NCBI GenBank assembly: GCA_045537965.1
Contig: JAZSQL010000034.1
Coordinates: 1-59,106 of the forward strand
From: Alphaproteobacteria bacterium
Lineage (GTDB): Bacteria; Pseudomonadota; Alphaproteobacteria; RF32; CAG-239
Direction: 5' to 3'
Length of the DNA: 59,106 nt
How positions within the stretch are numbered: position 1 is the stretch's first letter; each line of letters starts with the position of its first letter. Positions 38,727-48,901 of the stretch are shown here, piece by piece. The notes below the pieces were generated by a model that saw only the letters and a list, made by a program, of their open reading frames with translations, made no database searches and was not told where the DNA came from. Both the position numbers and the translations under genes were made by a program.

Positions 38727-39633
38727 TAAGCCCCCTACACTTAGCCCCCTCAACCAATTTTGCACACAAATCAGCATATGAGATTCCTGCATATTTAGCC
38801 TGCTCAGGAACCAATGATAAAGCTGTCATACCAGGGTTTGTATTAATCTCCAACAAAACTACCCCATCGTCTTCATTCCAACGTAAATCAACACGCGAAA
38901 CAGTATTACAGCCTAAAGCTTGGTGCAATTTTTCTGCATATGCTTTACATATTTCACTAACCTCATAAGGTATTTCTGCTGGCAGTACATGTTCTGTCTT
39001 TCCCGCTGTATATTTTGCATTGTAATCATAAAATTCATTACTAGCTTTCAACTCTGTAACGACATGTGCTTTATCTTCTAAACACATCACTGTTAACTCA
39101 TGACCTGGAATATATTTCTCTACTAATATTTCTCTATCAATATTTTTATACTTAACTTTCAATACATCTTCAGGTGTTTCGACAATAAACACCCCCACTG
39201 ATGAACCATCAGATACAGGCTTAACTACATATGGCATAGGAACTATTGTACCATTCTTAAAAAACTCTCTAGCCGTCATCTTTTGACTTTGTGCTACCCT
39301 AATACCACAAGTTTTTGCTACGTATTTAGTCAAATGCTTATCCATACCAACAGCCGATGCCCTCATTCCTGAATGTGTATAAGGAATTTGCAATAAATCC
39401 AACATTCCTTGAATTGCACCGTCTTCACCCCAATTACCATACAATCCATTAAATACTACATCAGGCTTTTCTTTCTGCAAGGTTTTTACAAGATCCCAAG
39501 CATTTTGCAGATCATACAAAACAACATCATATCCTTTTGTTTTTAGAGCATTAACAATATCATTTCCTGATGAAAGACTAACATCTCTTTCTGCTGAAAA
39601 ACCACCCATTAAAACCAAAACTTTCTTAGCCAC
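38719..39633 (-). CDS. ddl: D-Ala-D-Ala ligase
   Basis: GG.SAERDVSL, GEDG, GSSVG, EINTNPGMT. Confidence 0.96.
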   Translation of the reverse strand: MAKKVLVLMGGFSAERDVSLSSGNDIVNALKTKGYDVVLYDLQNAWDLVKTLQKEKPDVVFNGLYGNWGEDGAIQGMLDLLQIPYTHSGMRASAVGMDKHLTKYVAKTCGIRVAQSQKMTAREFFKNGTIVPMPYVVKPVSDGSSVGVFIVETPEDVLKVKYKNIDREILVEKYIPGHELTVMCLEDKAHVVTELKASNEFYDYNAKYTAGKTEHVLPAEIPYEVSEICKAYAEKLHQALGCNTVSRVDLRWNEDDGVVLLEINTNPGMTALSLVPEQAKYAGISYADLCAKLVEGAKCRGLSD

Positions 39634-39704
39634 TTCTTTATTTCCTTTAAATTATAAATTTTTGTGTTATGGTATGCCAAAATGTTAAAGAAAGAATAAA
39701 CTCA

Positions 39705-40484
39705 ATGCAAAAATTTACAACCTTTTTTTTAATCGCCATTCTATTGCCTACGGTTGCTAACGCTTTTTCCGTAAAACATCGTTTTTTTGTGACCGTTGGA
39801 GCTTTCGACGCAAGTATTACAGAATTTACCTATGAGCTTCTTCCATCTAATTACAAAATAACTTCTAATGTTTCAACCAACGGTTTTTTCGATTCTATCT
39901 ACCCTTTTCAAGCTACTTACCAAACATCAGGTAAAATAAATAATGATAAAATGATAACAACGGACTACAATTACCAATCAAAATCTCGTTTTAAGTCTCG
40001 CGGTAAAAAAGTGTTCTTTAACGAAAAAGGTGAACCCCAATACCAAATATCAACCAAAAATGGTAAAGATAAAAAACGAAATTTTGAACCAAGCCCTACT
40101 CCCGCCGACACTTTTGATCTTCAAACTATTTTTGCCAAAATTGCTAAACAATACTACGAACTTGGATTTTGCGATTCAAAACTGGCCGTATACGACGGCA
40201 AACGCCGTTTTGATGTTATAATAAAAGATAAAGGAAAATCCAAGCTAACCGCTAATAAACATTCTTTTTATACAGGGGAAGCTGCCTTATGTTCAATGCA
40301 TATTGATAAACTTTTATCCGAAGATGATGACACTTTGTGGCAATTTTCAGCCAACAAACCTATATTTTTTTGGATAGCCAAATACGCAAATAGCAACTAC
40401 CCTTTCATTGCCCAAATATCTATAAAAAATACTCCTTTGGGCGAACTTAACGCTTACACAACGCAAATTACTATCGAGGAATAA
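39705..40484 (+). CDS. DUF3108-like exported protein
   Basis: Signal peptide (ANA|F), YDGKRRFD motif. Confidence 0.7.
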   Translation: MQKFTTFFLIAILLPTVANAFSVKHRFFVTVGAFDASITEFTYELLPSNYKITSNVSTNGFFDSIYPFQATYQTSGKINNDKMITTDYNYQSKSRFKSRGKKVFFNEKGEPQYQISTKNGKDKKRNFEPSPTPADTFDLQTIFAKIAKQYYELGFCDSKLAVYDGKRRFDVIIKDKGKSKLTANKHSFYTGEAALCSMHIDKLLSEDDDTLWQFSANKPIFFWIAKYANSNYPFIAQISIKNTPLGELNAYTTQITIEE

Positions 40485-40486
40485 TA

Positions 40487-41884
40487 ATGTTAGACAAAGC
40501 TGAACTTCTATTGCCAGCAGGCTCATTAGTAAAACTTAAAACTGCTATTTTATATGGTGCTGATGCTGTTTATGCTGGTACCCCAGACATGTGTTTACGT
40601 GCCCAATCAAAATTTTCACTAGAAGAATTAAAAGAAGGTATTGATTATGTTCATTCTCATGGCAAAAAAATATACCTAACATTAAATCTTTTTATGCACA
40701 ATCGAGATGTTGAAAAACTACCAACTTTCGTAGAAACTCTACGTCAACTCAAACCTGACGGTGTTTTAATTGCCGACCCTGGTGTCTTTCAATATGTAAA
40801 AGAAAATGCACCTGAACTTAACCTTTTTGTTTCTACCCAAGCCAATATATGCTCATGGACCGCTGTTAAATTTTGGCAATCACAAGGAGCCAAACTCTGC
40901 GTTCTTGGTCGAGAAGTAACTTTTGCTGAGGCTAAAGAAATTAGAGAAAAATGCCCCGACATATTACTTGAAACTTTTATGCATGGTGCAATGTGTATGT
41001 CTTATTCTGGACGTTGCTTAATCTCGAACTATCTTGCTGACCGTTCAGCAAACCAAGGTAAATGTGCACATTGTTGTCGTTGGCATTATAAACTACATCT
41101 CCGCCTTAAAGATGGAACCATTAAAGAACTTACAATTGATGAAAATAATAAAGATTCTTTCGAGTTTTTACTAGAAGAAGAATTTCGTCCTGGTGAATAT
41201 TTTGAAGTTGTTGAAGATGAACATGGAGGATATTTCTTAAACTCTAAAGATATGTGCCTAATGCCAAGACTACCAGATTTATTATCTGTCGGCATAGACT
41301 CCCTAAAAGTTGAAGGACGTAACAAAACCGAATATTATGCTGGTATTGTAGCTCGTACTTACCGTCAAGCAATTGATGATTGGTACAAAAATCCTAATAA
41401 CTGGAATTATCATAAATACATGCCAGAGCTTGAAACTCTTCAAAATAGAGGATATTGCCTCGGTTTCCACGATGGAAAATTAACTAACATAAGTCAAAAC
41501 TATGAATATACTAGAACCCTTGGAGATTGGTTGTTTGCAGGATCAATTATTGAATGGCAGGGAAATGAAGCAATCTTTGAAATTCGCAACTTTATTAATG
41601 CTAACGAAGAATTCGAATTCCTTATCCCCAACTCTTTAGATATTATAAAACTAAAACTTAACGAATTTGAAGACGCCACAACAGCAGAAATAACCTCAAA
41701 AGTATCTGCAGGACAAAATAAATCTATACGTATTAAACCAGAAAATTGGAACTGTCCTATAGAAGAAATAAAAAAATTATTACCCCAATATACAATTGCT
41801 CGTAAATACGCTCCAATATCTGGCGAAAACAAAGCAATGCTAGACAATAAAAAACAAGAATTTTGCACACTTTGCAATGACTAG
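40487..41884 (+). CDS. U32 family protein (TrhP/YegQ-like tRNA hydroxylation)
   Basis: ELLLPAG, GADAVY, HGAMCMSYSGRC, CAHCCRW, SLKVEGR. Confidence 0.92.
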   Translation: MLDKAELLLPAGSLVKLKTAILYGADAVYAGTPDMCLRAQSKFSLEELKEGIDYVHSHGKKIYLTLNLFMHNRDVEKLPTFVETLRQLKPDGVLIADPGVFQYVKENAPELNLFVSTQANICSWTAVKFWQSQGAKLCVLGREVTFAEAKEIREKCPDILLETFMHGAMCMSYSGRCLISNYLADRSANQGKCAHCCRWHYKLHLRLKDGTIKELTIDENNKDSFEFLLEEEFRPGEYFEVVEDEHGGYFLNSKDMCLMPRLPDLLSVGIDSLKVEGRNKTEYYAGIVARTYRQAIDDWYKNPNNWNYHKYMPELETLQNRGYCLGFHDGKLTNISQNYEYTRTLGDWLFAGSIIEWQGNEAIFEIRNFINANEEFEFLIPNSLDIIKLKLNEFEDATTAEITSKVSAGQNKSIRIKPENWNCPIEEIKKLLPQYTIARKYAPISGENKAMLDNKKQEFCTLCND

Positions 41885-42360
41885 TGCTTTGTTTTAGAGT
41901 TTCCCAATAAAAAGGCTGCTACATTTTGCAGCCTTTCCATTCTATTCATACTTTCATTATCACCAATTTCTGAATAAACTTTTTGTAAATACGTAGTCAC
42001 TCTTATAATCCTTTTTGCTTTATCAGAAATTCCGATCTTAGACTTTTCAATTGCTTCCAAAATTTTATTGCCTAACTTTACTTTTGTTTGTGGTGATTGA
42101 AGTAATTTTTGTGCTTTTTCCCACAAATCTATAGCTTCTACATATTTAGCCTCTTTCATCTTCGATTGAGCTAATTTATCATATGCCCAAAAAAGCAAAG
42201 TATTTCTCTTCAGAGAATCTTCTGCCAAACACTCCGCATTACTTTCACAAAAAGATATAACATCATCAAAAGCCTTATATTTTTGTTCTGGCTCCAATTC
42301 TCCAACTTTTGCTGCCATTATATAAGCTTCTACAATATTTTGTGGGATATTTTCCTTCAT
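41881..42360 (-). CDS. Hypothetical helical (TPR-like) protein
   Basis: 159-aa helical ORF, ATGA-coupled to upstream gene. Confidence 0.6.
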   Translation of the reverse strand: MKENIPQNIVEAYIMAAKVGELEPEQKYKAFDDVISFCESNAECLAEDSLKRNTLLFWAYDKLAQSKMKEAKYVEAIDLWEKAQKLLQSPQTKVKLGNKILEAIEKSKIGISDKAKRIIRVTTYLQKVYSEIGDNESMNRMERLQNVAAFLLGNSKTKH

Positions 42361-42686
42361 TGTTTAGTTTCCTGTTTTACTTTAGCTTTATATCCACATT
42401 TTTCACAATCTAAACCACCATCTGCAAGACAATAATCCTCTCTGGATAAATCATTTTCTTGAAATACTTTGCAACTATCACACAAACATCCTTTATCTTC
42501 ATTAATGCAATTGCTTTTACCAAAAGCACAAAACATCTTTTCATAATGTTCAATATTTTCTATTCCATCTATCAACTTAACCATATTAATTGGATAACTT
42601 TTAACTTTACATCCAGCTGTATAAGATGGGCAATCTGAACATAAACATTTTTTTAAATTCTCTGAAGTTCTTGGTACTGGAAACAT
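42357..42686 (-). CDS. DUF2769-like Cys-rich protein
   Basis: CLCSDCPSY...FCAFGKSNC...GCLCDSCKV...YC; AAGGAG RBS. Confidence 0.75.
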   Translation of the reverse strand: MFPVPRTSENLKKCLCSDCPSYTAGCKVKSYPINMVKLIDGIENIEHYEKMFCAFGKSNCINEDKGCLCDSCKVFQENDLSREDYCLADGGLDCEKCGYKAKVKQETKQ

Positions 42687-42844
42687 ATCTAATACTCCTT
42701 TCTAAAAAATATCATCTCTTTTGAAATATGCTCTAAATATTCCTAAAACAATAAATCTTTGTATTAGATATTTTTACTTGCCATTAGTACTAATTTTGCA
42801 TAACATACCAACTACTTTTATTTCAAATGCAAAGGACATTACAA

Positions 42845-44002
42845 ATGACATTTCTCTTCTCAAGCGAAGCTGTATCTGAAGGACATCCTGACAAAGTTTG
42901 CGATGCCATATCTGATGCCATAGTTGATTTATACTTAAATCACGATAAAAAAGCTCGTACAGCTATTGAAACACTTGCAACAACTAACCAAGTCATTATT
43001 TCGGGCGAAACTTCTTCTAGCATATCTATATCTCACGAAGAAATCGAAAATACCGTTCGTCAAACAGTTAAAAATATTGGCTATGAACAAAAAGGATTTT
43101 CATGGAGCGATATTAATATCCAAAGCTATCTTCACAAACAATCTGCAGATATTGCCCTAGGGGTAGATAACCTTGGTGCTGGCGATCAAGGCATTATGTT
43201 TGGATATGCTAAAAAAGAACAAAATATTGACACAAACTATATGCCACTTGCTATATATCTAGCCAATAAAATCCTTCATTCCCTTAGTTGTGCTCGTCAC
43301 TCAAAAGAAATCAAAGGAATTCTTCCTGATGCCAAAAGTCAAGTAACTATCGAATATGATAAAAACAATCAACCTATTGGCATAAAAAAGGTTGTTTTAT
43401 CAACTCAACACGAATCTTGGCTCAATCAAGATGAAATCAGAGATATTGCTCATCACTATATTCGTTCATCACTACCTAATGGTTGGACAATTGATGATAA
43501 CAATATTTTAGTTAATCCGACTGGACGCTTCGTAATTGGTGGTCCTGATGGCGATACTGGACTTACTGGGCGTAAAATAATTGTTGATACCTATGGCGGA
43601 TACGCTCCTCATGGTGGCGGTGCGTTTTCTGGTAAAGATCCAACAAAAGTAGATCGTTCTGCTGCATATATGCTACGCTATATTGCAAAAAATATTGTCG
43701 CAGCAAATTTAGCTGACGAGTGTACTTTGCAAGTATCATATGCTATCGGAGTAAAAGATCCGCTTTCTCTATATATAGACACAAAAAATACTGCTAGAGT
43801 AGATGAAAAAAAATTACTAAATACAATTAAAGATATGTTTGATTTAACCCCTGCAGGAATAATAAAACAACTAAAACTACAAAATCCTATTTACTTTCCA
43901 ACTTCATCTTATGGACATTTCGGACGAAATTCTACGGTAGACGGATTTTTCACTTGGGAACAGCTTGATTATACAGAGGAATTAAAAAATGCTTTCAAAT
44001 AA
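42845..44002 (+). CDS. metK: S-adenosylmethionine synthetase
   Basis: EGHPDK, GAGDQG, GGGAFSGKD. Confidence 0.98.
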   Translation: MTFLFSSEAVSEGHPDKVCDAISDAIVDLYLNHDKKARTAIETLATTNQVIISGETSSSISISHEEIENTVRQTVKNIGYEQKGFSWSDINIQSYLHKQSADIALGVDNLGAGDQGIMFGYAKKEQNIDTNYMPLAIYLANKILHSLSCARHSKEIKGILPDAKSQVTIEYDKNNQPIGIKKVVLSTQHESWLNQDEIRDIAHHYIRSSLPNGWTIDDNNILVNPTGRFVIGGPDGDTGLTGRKIIVDTYGGYAPHGGGAFSGKDPTKVDRSAAYMLRYIAKNIVAANLADECTLQVSYAIGVKDPLSLYIDTKNTARVDEKKLLNTIKDMFDLTPAGIIKQLKLQNPIYFPTSSYGHFGRNSTVDGFFTWEQLDYTEELKNAFK

Positions 44003-44711
44003 CAAACCAAAATTTTATGGACGCCGCCAAGGTCGCAAAATACGTAAAGCAAAATCAAGTCTTTTAGAACGTTTTCTTCCAGAAGTTGCTCTTGATACAA
44101 ACTCTCCCATCAATAAAGATGTTTTTGGTTCTCCCATCAATGATATTTGCTTAGAAATAGGCTTTGGTAATGGTGAACATATTGCTGGACAATCGTTAAA
44201 TAATCCTCAAACTGGATTTATCGGTGCCGAAGTATTCAAAAATGGTGTTGCTAACTTACTAACATTAATAACTGGTATTAAAGAAAATTCTGATATACCA
44301 AACGAAATAAAACTTCTTCCTTCTCGTTGCGACAATTTAAGAATTTGGAGCGAAGATGTCCGTATTTTATTTTCACAAATACCTGATGGCTTATTAAGTA
44401 AAATATTTTTACTTTTTCCTGACCCATGGCCCAAAAAACGCCACGCTTCACGGCGATTTATTAACCCAGATAATCTTAAAGAAATTGCACGCATACTAAA
44501 AAAAGGTGGTATTTTACGTGTTGCTACAGACCATAAAATATATAAAGGTTGGACATTACGTTGCCTCAAAGAAGACAAAAATTTCCAATGGACAGCTAAA
44601 ACATCTTCTGACTGGCGAAATCCTCCTACAGATTGGATTGAAACCAAATATCAACGTAAAGCAATACGTGAAGGACGTAGACCCGTATTTTTAGACTTTG
44701 AACGTCTTTAA
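43989..44711 (+). CDS. trmB: tRNA m7G46 methyltransferase
   Basis: LEIGFGNGE, FPDPWPKKRH, ATD, TKYQ. Confidence 0.96.
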   Translation: MLSNNKPKFYGRRQGRKIRKAKSSLLERFLPEVALDTNSPINKDVFGSPINDICLEIGFGNGEHIAGQSLNNPQTGFIGAEVFKNGVANLLTLITGIKENSDIPNEIKLLPSRCDNLRIWSEDVRILFSQIPDGLLSKIFLLFPDPWPKKRHASRRFINPDNLKEIARILKKGGILRVATDHKIYKGWTLRCLKEDKNFQWTAKTSSDWRNPPTDWIETKYQRKAIREGRRPVFLDFERL

Positions 44712-44765
44712 TAACCAAAAAAGCCTCCTATATATAAAACATAAAAATATAATAAGGAGGCTTTT

Positions 44766-46127
44766 ATGATTGAAAAAAAACAACATATTTCTCCCATGCT
44801 TATCCTTGTAGCTATAACAGCTTCTCTTGGAGGATTGTTATCAGGATTTGATATGGGAGTAATTTCAGGTGCATTACTATACATTAACGAAACATGGCAA
44901 CTAAGTTCATTATCTCAAGGTTGGCTTGTTTCATCTGCAATAGTTGGTTCTGTAATTGGTGCCGCTGCTAATGGATTTTTAGCTGATATTTATGGTCGTA
45001 AAAAAATTATCATTGCAACAGCTCTTATTTTTATAATCGGCTCTCTGATGTGTGCATATGCCACCACCATAAATTGGTTAATATTCTCAAGAATAATCAT
45101 CGGTATAGCTGTAGGTATGATAAGTTTTGTTGCTCCAATATATCTTTCAGAATTGGCTCCAGAAAAAATTCGTGGACAATTAGTATCTTTATACCAATTA
45201 GCCTTAACTGCAGGTATTTTACTTTCATACATGGTAAACCGAATATTTGCTTTAGCTGAATACAATTGGAGATGGATGTTAGGCGCTGGAGCATTACCCG
45301 CCATTATTTTGTTAATAGGTATTTTATTCCTTCACGATACACCACGTTGGTTAATCAGTAAAAATAAAATCGATGAAGCTCGTAATGTCTTCAACAAAAT
45401 ATATCCGCAAAAAGATGTTGAGCAACATATCAACGAGATTAAAGAAACTCTAGCATCTTCGACCAATCAAGAAAAAATAAAACTACAGAAATGGATGTTT
45501 ATGCCTATTTTTGTAGGTGTTGGTTTAATGTTTGTGCAAATATGTACAGGTATTAACACAATAATTTATTACACCCCTACCATATTCAATTTAGCTGGAT
45601 TTGCCGATAATATTAGTGCACTATATGCTACTATTGGAATTGGTGTTGTAAACTTTCTTATGACTTTTGTTGCTATTGCTTATATTGATCGCTTTGGTCG
45701 CAAACCTCTACTATACATAGGTTTAACAGGAATGTTATTAAGCCTATTTACTCTTTCTGCTTCTTTTGCAATGGGAGAAAGTGGTAAATGGATTGCTGTA
45801 GCATCAGTAGTAGTTTATATAGCATCTTTTGCCATGAGTTTAGGTCCTATTTGCTGGATTATGGTTTCAGAAATAATGCCTCTTAAAATTCGTGGGTTTG
45901 CAATGTCCGCAGCAACTGTTGCTAATTTTGCTTTTAACTTTATTGTTGTATTAAGCTTCCTACCTATGATTGAAATATGGGGCAAAAGTACATCTTTTGC
46001 AATCTTTGGCTTTATAACAATACTCTCTTTATTGTTTGTATACTTCTTTGTACCAGAAACCAAAGGAATTTCTCTTGAAAAAATTGAAGAAAACTGGCAT
46101 AAAGGTATATCACCACGCAAGTTTTAG
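44766..46127 (+). CDS. MFS sugar porter
   Basis: GGLLSGFD.GVISGA, GRKK, ELAP..IRG, PETKG.SLE. Confidence 0.93.
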   Translation: MIEKKQHISPMLILVAITASLGGLLSGFDMGVISGALLYINETWQLSSLSQGWLVSSAIVGSVIGAAANGFLADIYGRKKIIIATALIFIIGSLMCAYATTINWLIFSRIIIGIAVGMISFVAPIYLSELAPEKIRGQLVSLYQLALTAGILLSYMVNRIFALAEYNWRWMLGAGALPAIILLIGILFLHDTPRWLISKNKIDEARNVFNKIYPQKDVEQHINEIKETLASSTNQEKIKLQKWMFMPIFVGVGLMFVQICTGINTIIYYTPTIFNLAGFADNISALYATIGIGVVNFLMTFVAIAYIDRFGRKPLLYIGLTGMLLSLFTLSASFAMGESGKWIAVASVVVYIASFAMSLGPICWIMVSEIMPLKIRGFAMSAATVANFAFNFIVVLSFLPMIEIWGKSTSFAIFGFITILSLLFVYFFVPETKGISLEKIEENWHKGISPRKF

Positions 46128-46146
46128 ATTTCAATAAGGACTAGAT

Positions 46147-47205
46147 ATGAAAATTTTGGTAGGAATGAGCGGCGGCGTTGACTCTACAGTCGCCGCTCTA
46201 TTATTAAAACAAGCAGGTCACGACGTTATTGGTGCCACAATGACCATCTGGGATAATTCTGATACATTCCGCCAACTAACTGGCAAAGGATGTTTCTCTC
46301 CTCATGATAATGATATTCAGCAAGCTAAACAAATGTGCCAAAATCTAAATATCCCACATATTATAGTTGACTGTACCAAACAATTTAAACAAATTGTTCT
46401 TGCAAATTTTCGTAGTGAATATCAGTCAGGCAGAACACCCAATCCATGTATAGTATGTAATTCTAAGATAAAATTTAATATTTTACCAAATGCTGCTCGT
46501 TCACAAAATATAGAATTTGATAAATTTGCAACAGGTCATTATGCTCGATTATATTATGATGAAACATCTAAACTATACCAAATAATGAGAGGAATAGATC
46601 AAAAAAAAGATCAATCATACTTTCTCTACAGATTAACCCAAGAACAACTATCCCAAATTATCCTTCCGCTGGGAAATAAAACGAAACCAGAAATACGCGA
46701 ATTGGCTAAAAAAGCTGGACTATCAGTATCTGACAAACCAGATAGCCAAGATTTCTATACAGGTCCTCTTAATGATATATTACAATTTACTCATCAGAAA
46801 GGTACTTTTAAAAACAAAAGCGGACAAATATTAGGAACACACAATGGCTACTGGCAATTTACCATCGGTCAACGTAGAGGGCTTGGTATATCATCAGACC
46901 GCCCACTATATGTTATAGATATAATAAAAGAAAATAATGAAGTAATTCTTGGATATTCTGAAGAATGTATCCAGACATCACTCATTGCAACAGATCTAAT
47001 ATGGCAAATACCCACTCCAACAACCAAATTCAATTGTCAAGCTCGTATCCGCTCCTCACAAACACCTTTTAATGTTACTGTACAACCTAAAGATAATAAT
47101 ATAATTGCGGTAACATTTACCACACCCCAAAGTGCAATAACACCAGGACAATCAATAGTTTTGAATGATGACGAAAAAATTATTGGTGGAGGGATAATTT
47201 ACTAA
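46147..47205 (+). CDS. mnmA: tRNA 2-thiouridylase
   Basis: MSGGVDS, TPNPC..CN, ATGHY, KDQSYFL, TIGQRRG, TPGQ. Confidence 0.96.
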   Translation: MKILVGMSGGVDSTVAALLLKQAGHDVIGATMTIWDNSDTFRQLTGKGCFSPHDNDIQQAKQMCQNLNIPHIIVDCTKQFKQIVLANFRSEYQSGRTPNPCIVCNSKIKFNILPNAARSQNIEFDKFATGHYARLYYDETSKLYQIMRGIDQKKDQSYFLYRLTQEQLSQIILPLGNKTKPEIRELAKKAGLSVSDKPDSQDFYTGPLNDILQFTHQKGTFKNKSGQILGTHNGYWQFTIGQRRGLGISSDRPLYVIDIIKENNEVILGYSEECIQTSLIATDLIWQIPTPTTKFNCQARIRSSQTPFNVTVQPKDNNIIAVTFTTPQSAITPGQSIVLNDDEKIIGGGIIY

Positions 47206-47208
47206 AAA

Positions 47209-47943
47209 CTAAAGCCACGTAAGCACAACTGAGAAAAATATAGGAACAGACAAATTGTCATCAATCTCTATCTTATCCTCATATACTTCAGCTAAAGTTG
47301 CAACTAAACAAGCAATAACACTTTCCCCTCCAAATGGATAAATCGGAAAAAACAACAAATTTATTATAACTGCCGTCAAGAAAAATGCTAACGTACCCTC
47401 TAGCGTTTTATTTTTATAAATTTTTATCTTTCCTATAGAACGACCAACTAAGGCCGCAGCACTATCTGATATCAACATCACAGTCAAAGCTATAGCAGCA
47501 ACCTCTTTACCAAAAAAGCAAAGACACAACAATGCTGAAGTCAAAACATAAATAGCACCTGTAAACTGAAAATGCTCTCTAGATGTCTCTTTATTCCTTA
47601 GCGTTCTAAAAAACAAAACACCAAAAGACTTTCTTGCCCAAGGATATTTCTTAAAATTACCATATTCTAAAATAATATTACCTACTAATATGATCAGCAA
47701 TATTGGTATCAAAACAATTTTTGGCATAAAATAAATTGCTGCTGGTATCCAAAGAGAACTAAGATGAATTGCTTTACGAAACAATTCCTTTTTAAAAGCC
47801 TTATCCTTACATAATTGCTGATACAACAAATCAGCACTTTGCCAATTAGCCTCCCAGTTTAATTGACGTTTGATTGATTTAAATACTTTATTATAGTCTG
47901 ACCTATAATTTTTAAAATCCCACATATTTTTCTCATTTAGCAA
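47209..47943 (-). CDS. Dolichol/phytol kinase-like (CTP transferase family) membrane protein
   Basis: RKAIH, D.AAALVG, KTLEG, DDNL. Confidence 0.85.
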   Translation of the reverse strand: MLNEKNMWDFKNYRSDYNKVFKSIKRQLNWEANWQSADLLYQQLCKDKAFKKELFRKAIHLSSLWIPAAIYFMPKIVLIPILLIILVGNIILEYGNFKKYPWARKSFGVLFFRTLRNKETSREHFQFTGAIYVLTSALLCLCFFGKEVAAIALTVMLISDSAAALVGRSIGKIKIYKNKTLEGTLAFFLTAVIINLLFFPIYPFGGESVIACLVATLAEVYEDKIEIDDNLSVPIFFSVVLTWL

Positions 47944-48055
47944 GCAATCTCTACAGGGATATTAAAAAAACAAATCTATAATCTCAAGAAAAAAACAAAT
48001 TATGTGGAAAAATAAAAAAATACACTTATATCTTTATAAACAAAAGGAGGAAAAT

Positions 48056-48289
48056 ATGATTTCAGAAAAACCCAAAGGAACAATCACTAAAGATTTTTCA
48101 AATTTAAAATATACCGATATAGATAATCAAGATTTTATTATCAAACCTCTAAAAAAAATGCGTCTGATCGACTCAATCATAGGACTTGATGACGAATGTG
48201 AATTTGAAAAAAATATGTATAACTTTGGTGATGAAGAGGATTTACCAAATTCAGATAGAGCTACTGATAAACGTTGTAAAAATAACTAA
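48056..48289 (+). CDS. Small hypothetical protein
   Basis: AAGGAGG RBS; followed by terminator. Confidence 0.6.
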   Translation: MISEKPKGTITKDFSNLKYTDIDNQDFIIKPLKKMRLIDSIIGLDDECEFEKNMYNFGDEEDLPNSDRATDKRCKNN

Positions 48290-48294
48290 CCACT

Positions 48295-48324
48295 AAAAAA
48301 CCGACTATTGAATAGTCGGTTTTT
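48295..48324. terminator. Bidirectional terminator
   Basis: AAAAAACCGACTATT-g-AATAGTCGGTTTTT between convergent genes. Confidence 0.85.
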
Positions 48325-48327
48325 AAT

Positions 48328-48831
48328 TTACATACTATCCTCAGCTTCTTCTTTATTATGTAAGTATGCACTCTTAGCCATAGCAATAATTAAATCATAC
48401 AAATGTCTTGCAGCTTGTCGATTACTAATTTTATAATAGGCTCGAACAAGCTCCAATGTTTCTTGTTTACACATAGGATCTACACTAAAAGCTTCAACAT
48501 CTTCATTTAATGATATACCCGCTTCAGGATTACTAAACATCCTAGGGCTTTGTTTAGCAATAACTTTATCCATATCATCATAAAAAAACGAAATTGGTGC
48601 TTCCAATACTATACTAAAATCCCATAAACGACTAGCACTAACACGATTAAGCCCTTTTTCATACTTTTGGATCTGCTGAAAAGTAAGACCTAACATATCC
48701 CCTAATTTTTCTTGGCTCCAACCAAGCAAATTACGACGCATCTTAATACGTTTTCCTACATAAATATCAACAGGATTTGGTTCACCTTGTGGTGTTCTAC
48801 CTCTAGATGCTTTACGCGACACTGATTTCAT
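48328..48831 (-). CDS. XRE HTH regulator (lnt-associated alphaproteobacterial type)
   Basis: PNPVDIYVG.RI..RR, GLTFQQIQKYEKGLNRVSASRL. Confidence 0.93.
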   Translation of the reverse strand: MKSVSRKASRGRTPQGEPNPVDIYVGKRIKMRRNLLGWSQEKLGDMLGLTFQQIQKYEKGLNRVSASRLWDFSIVLEAPISFFYDDMDKVIAKQSPRMFSNPEAGISLNEDVEAFSVDPMCKQETLELVRAYYKISNRQAARHLYDLIIAMAKSAYLHNKEEAEDSM

Positions 48832-48901
48832 CTTTTAATCCTCACAAAAACTCTCTAACAACAATCACGATATTTATTATAACACAAAATGCTATAAATA
48901 T

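Noticed and set aside
42690-42844. SAM riboswitch upstream of metK
   Set aside because: No SAM-I or SAM-II consensus visible; region is a plain divergent promoter.
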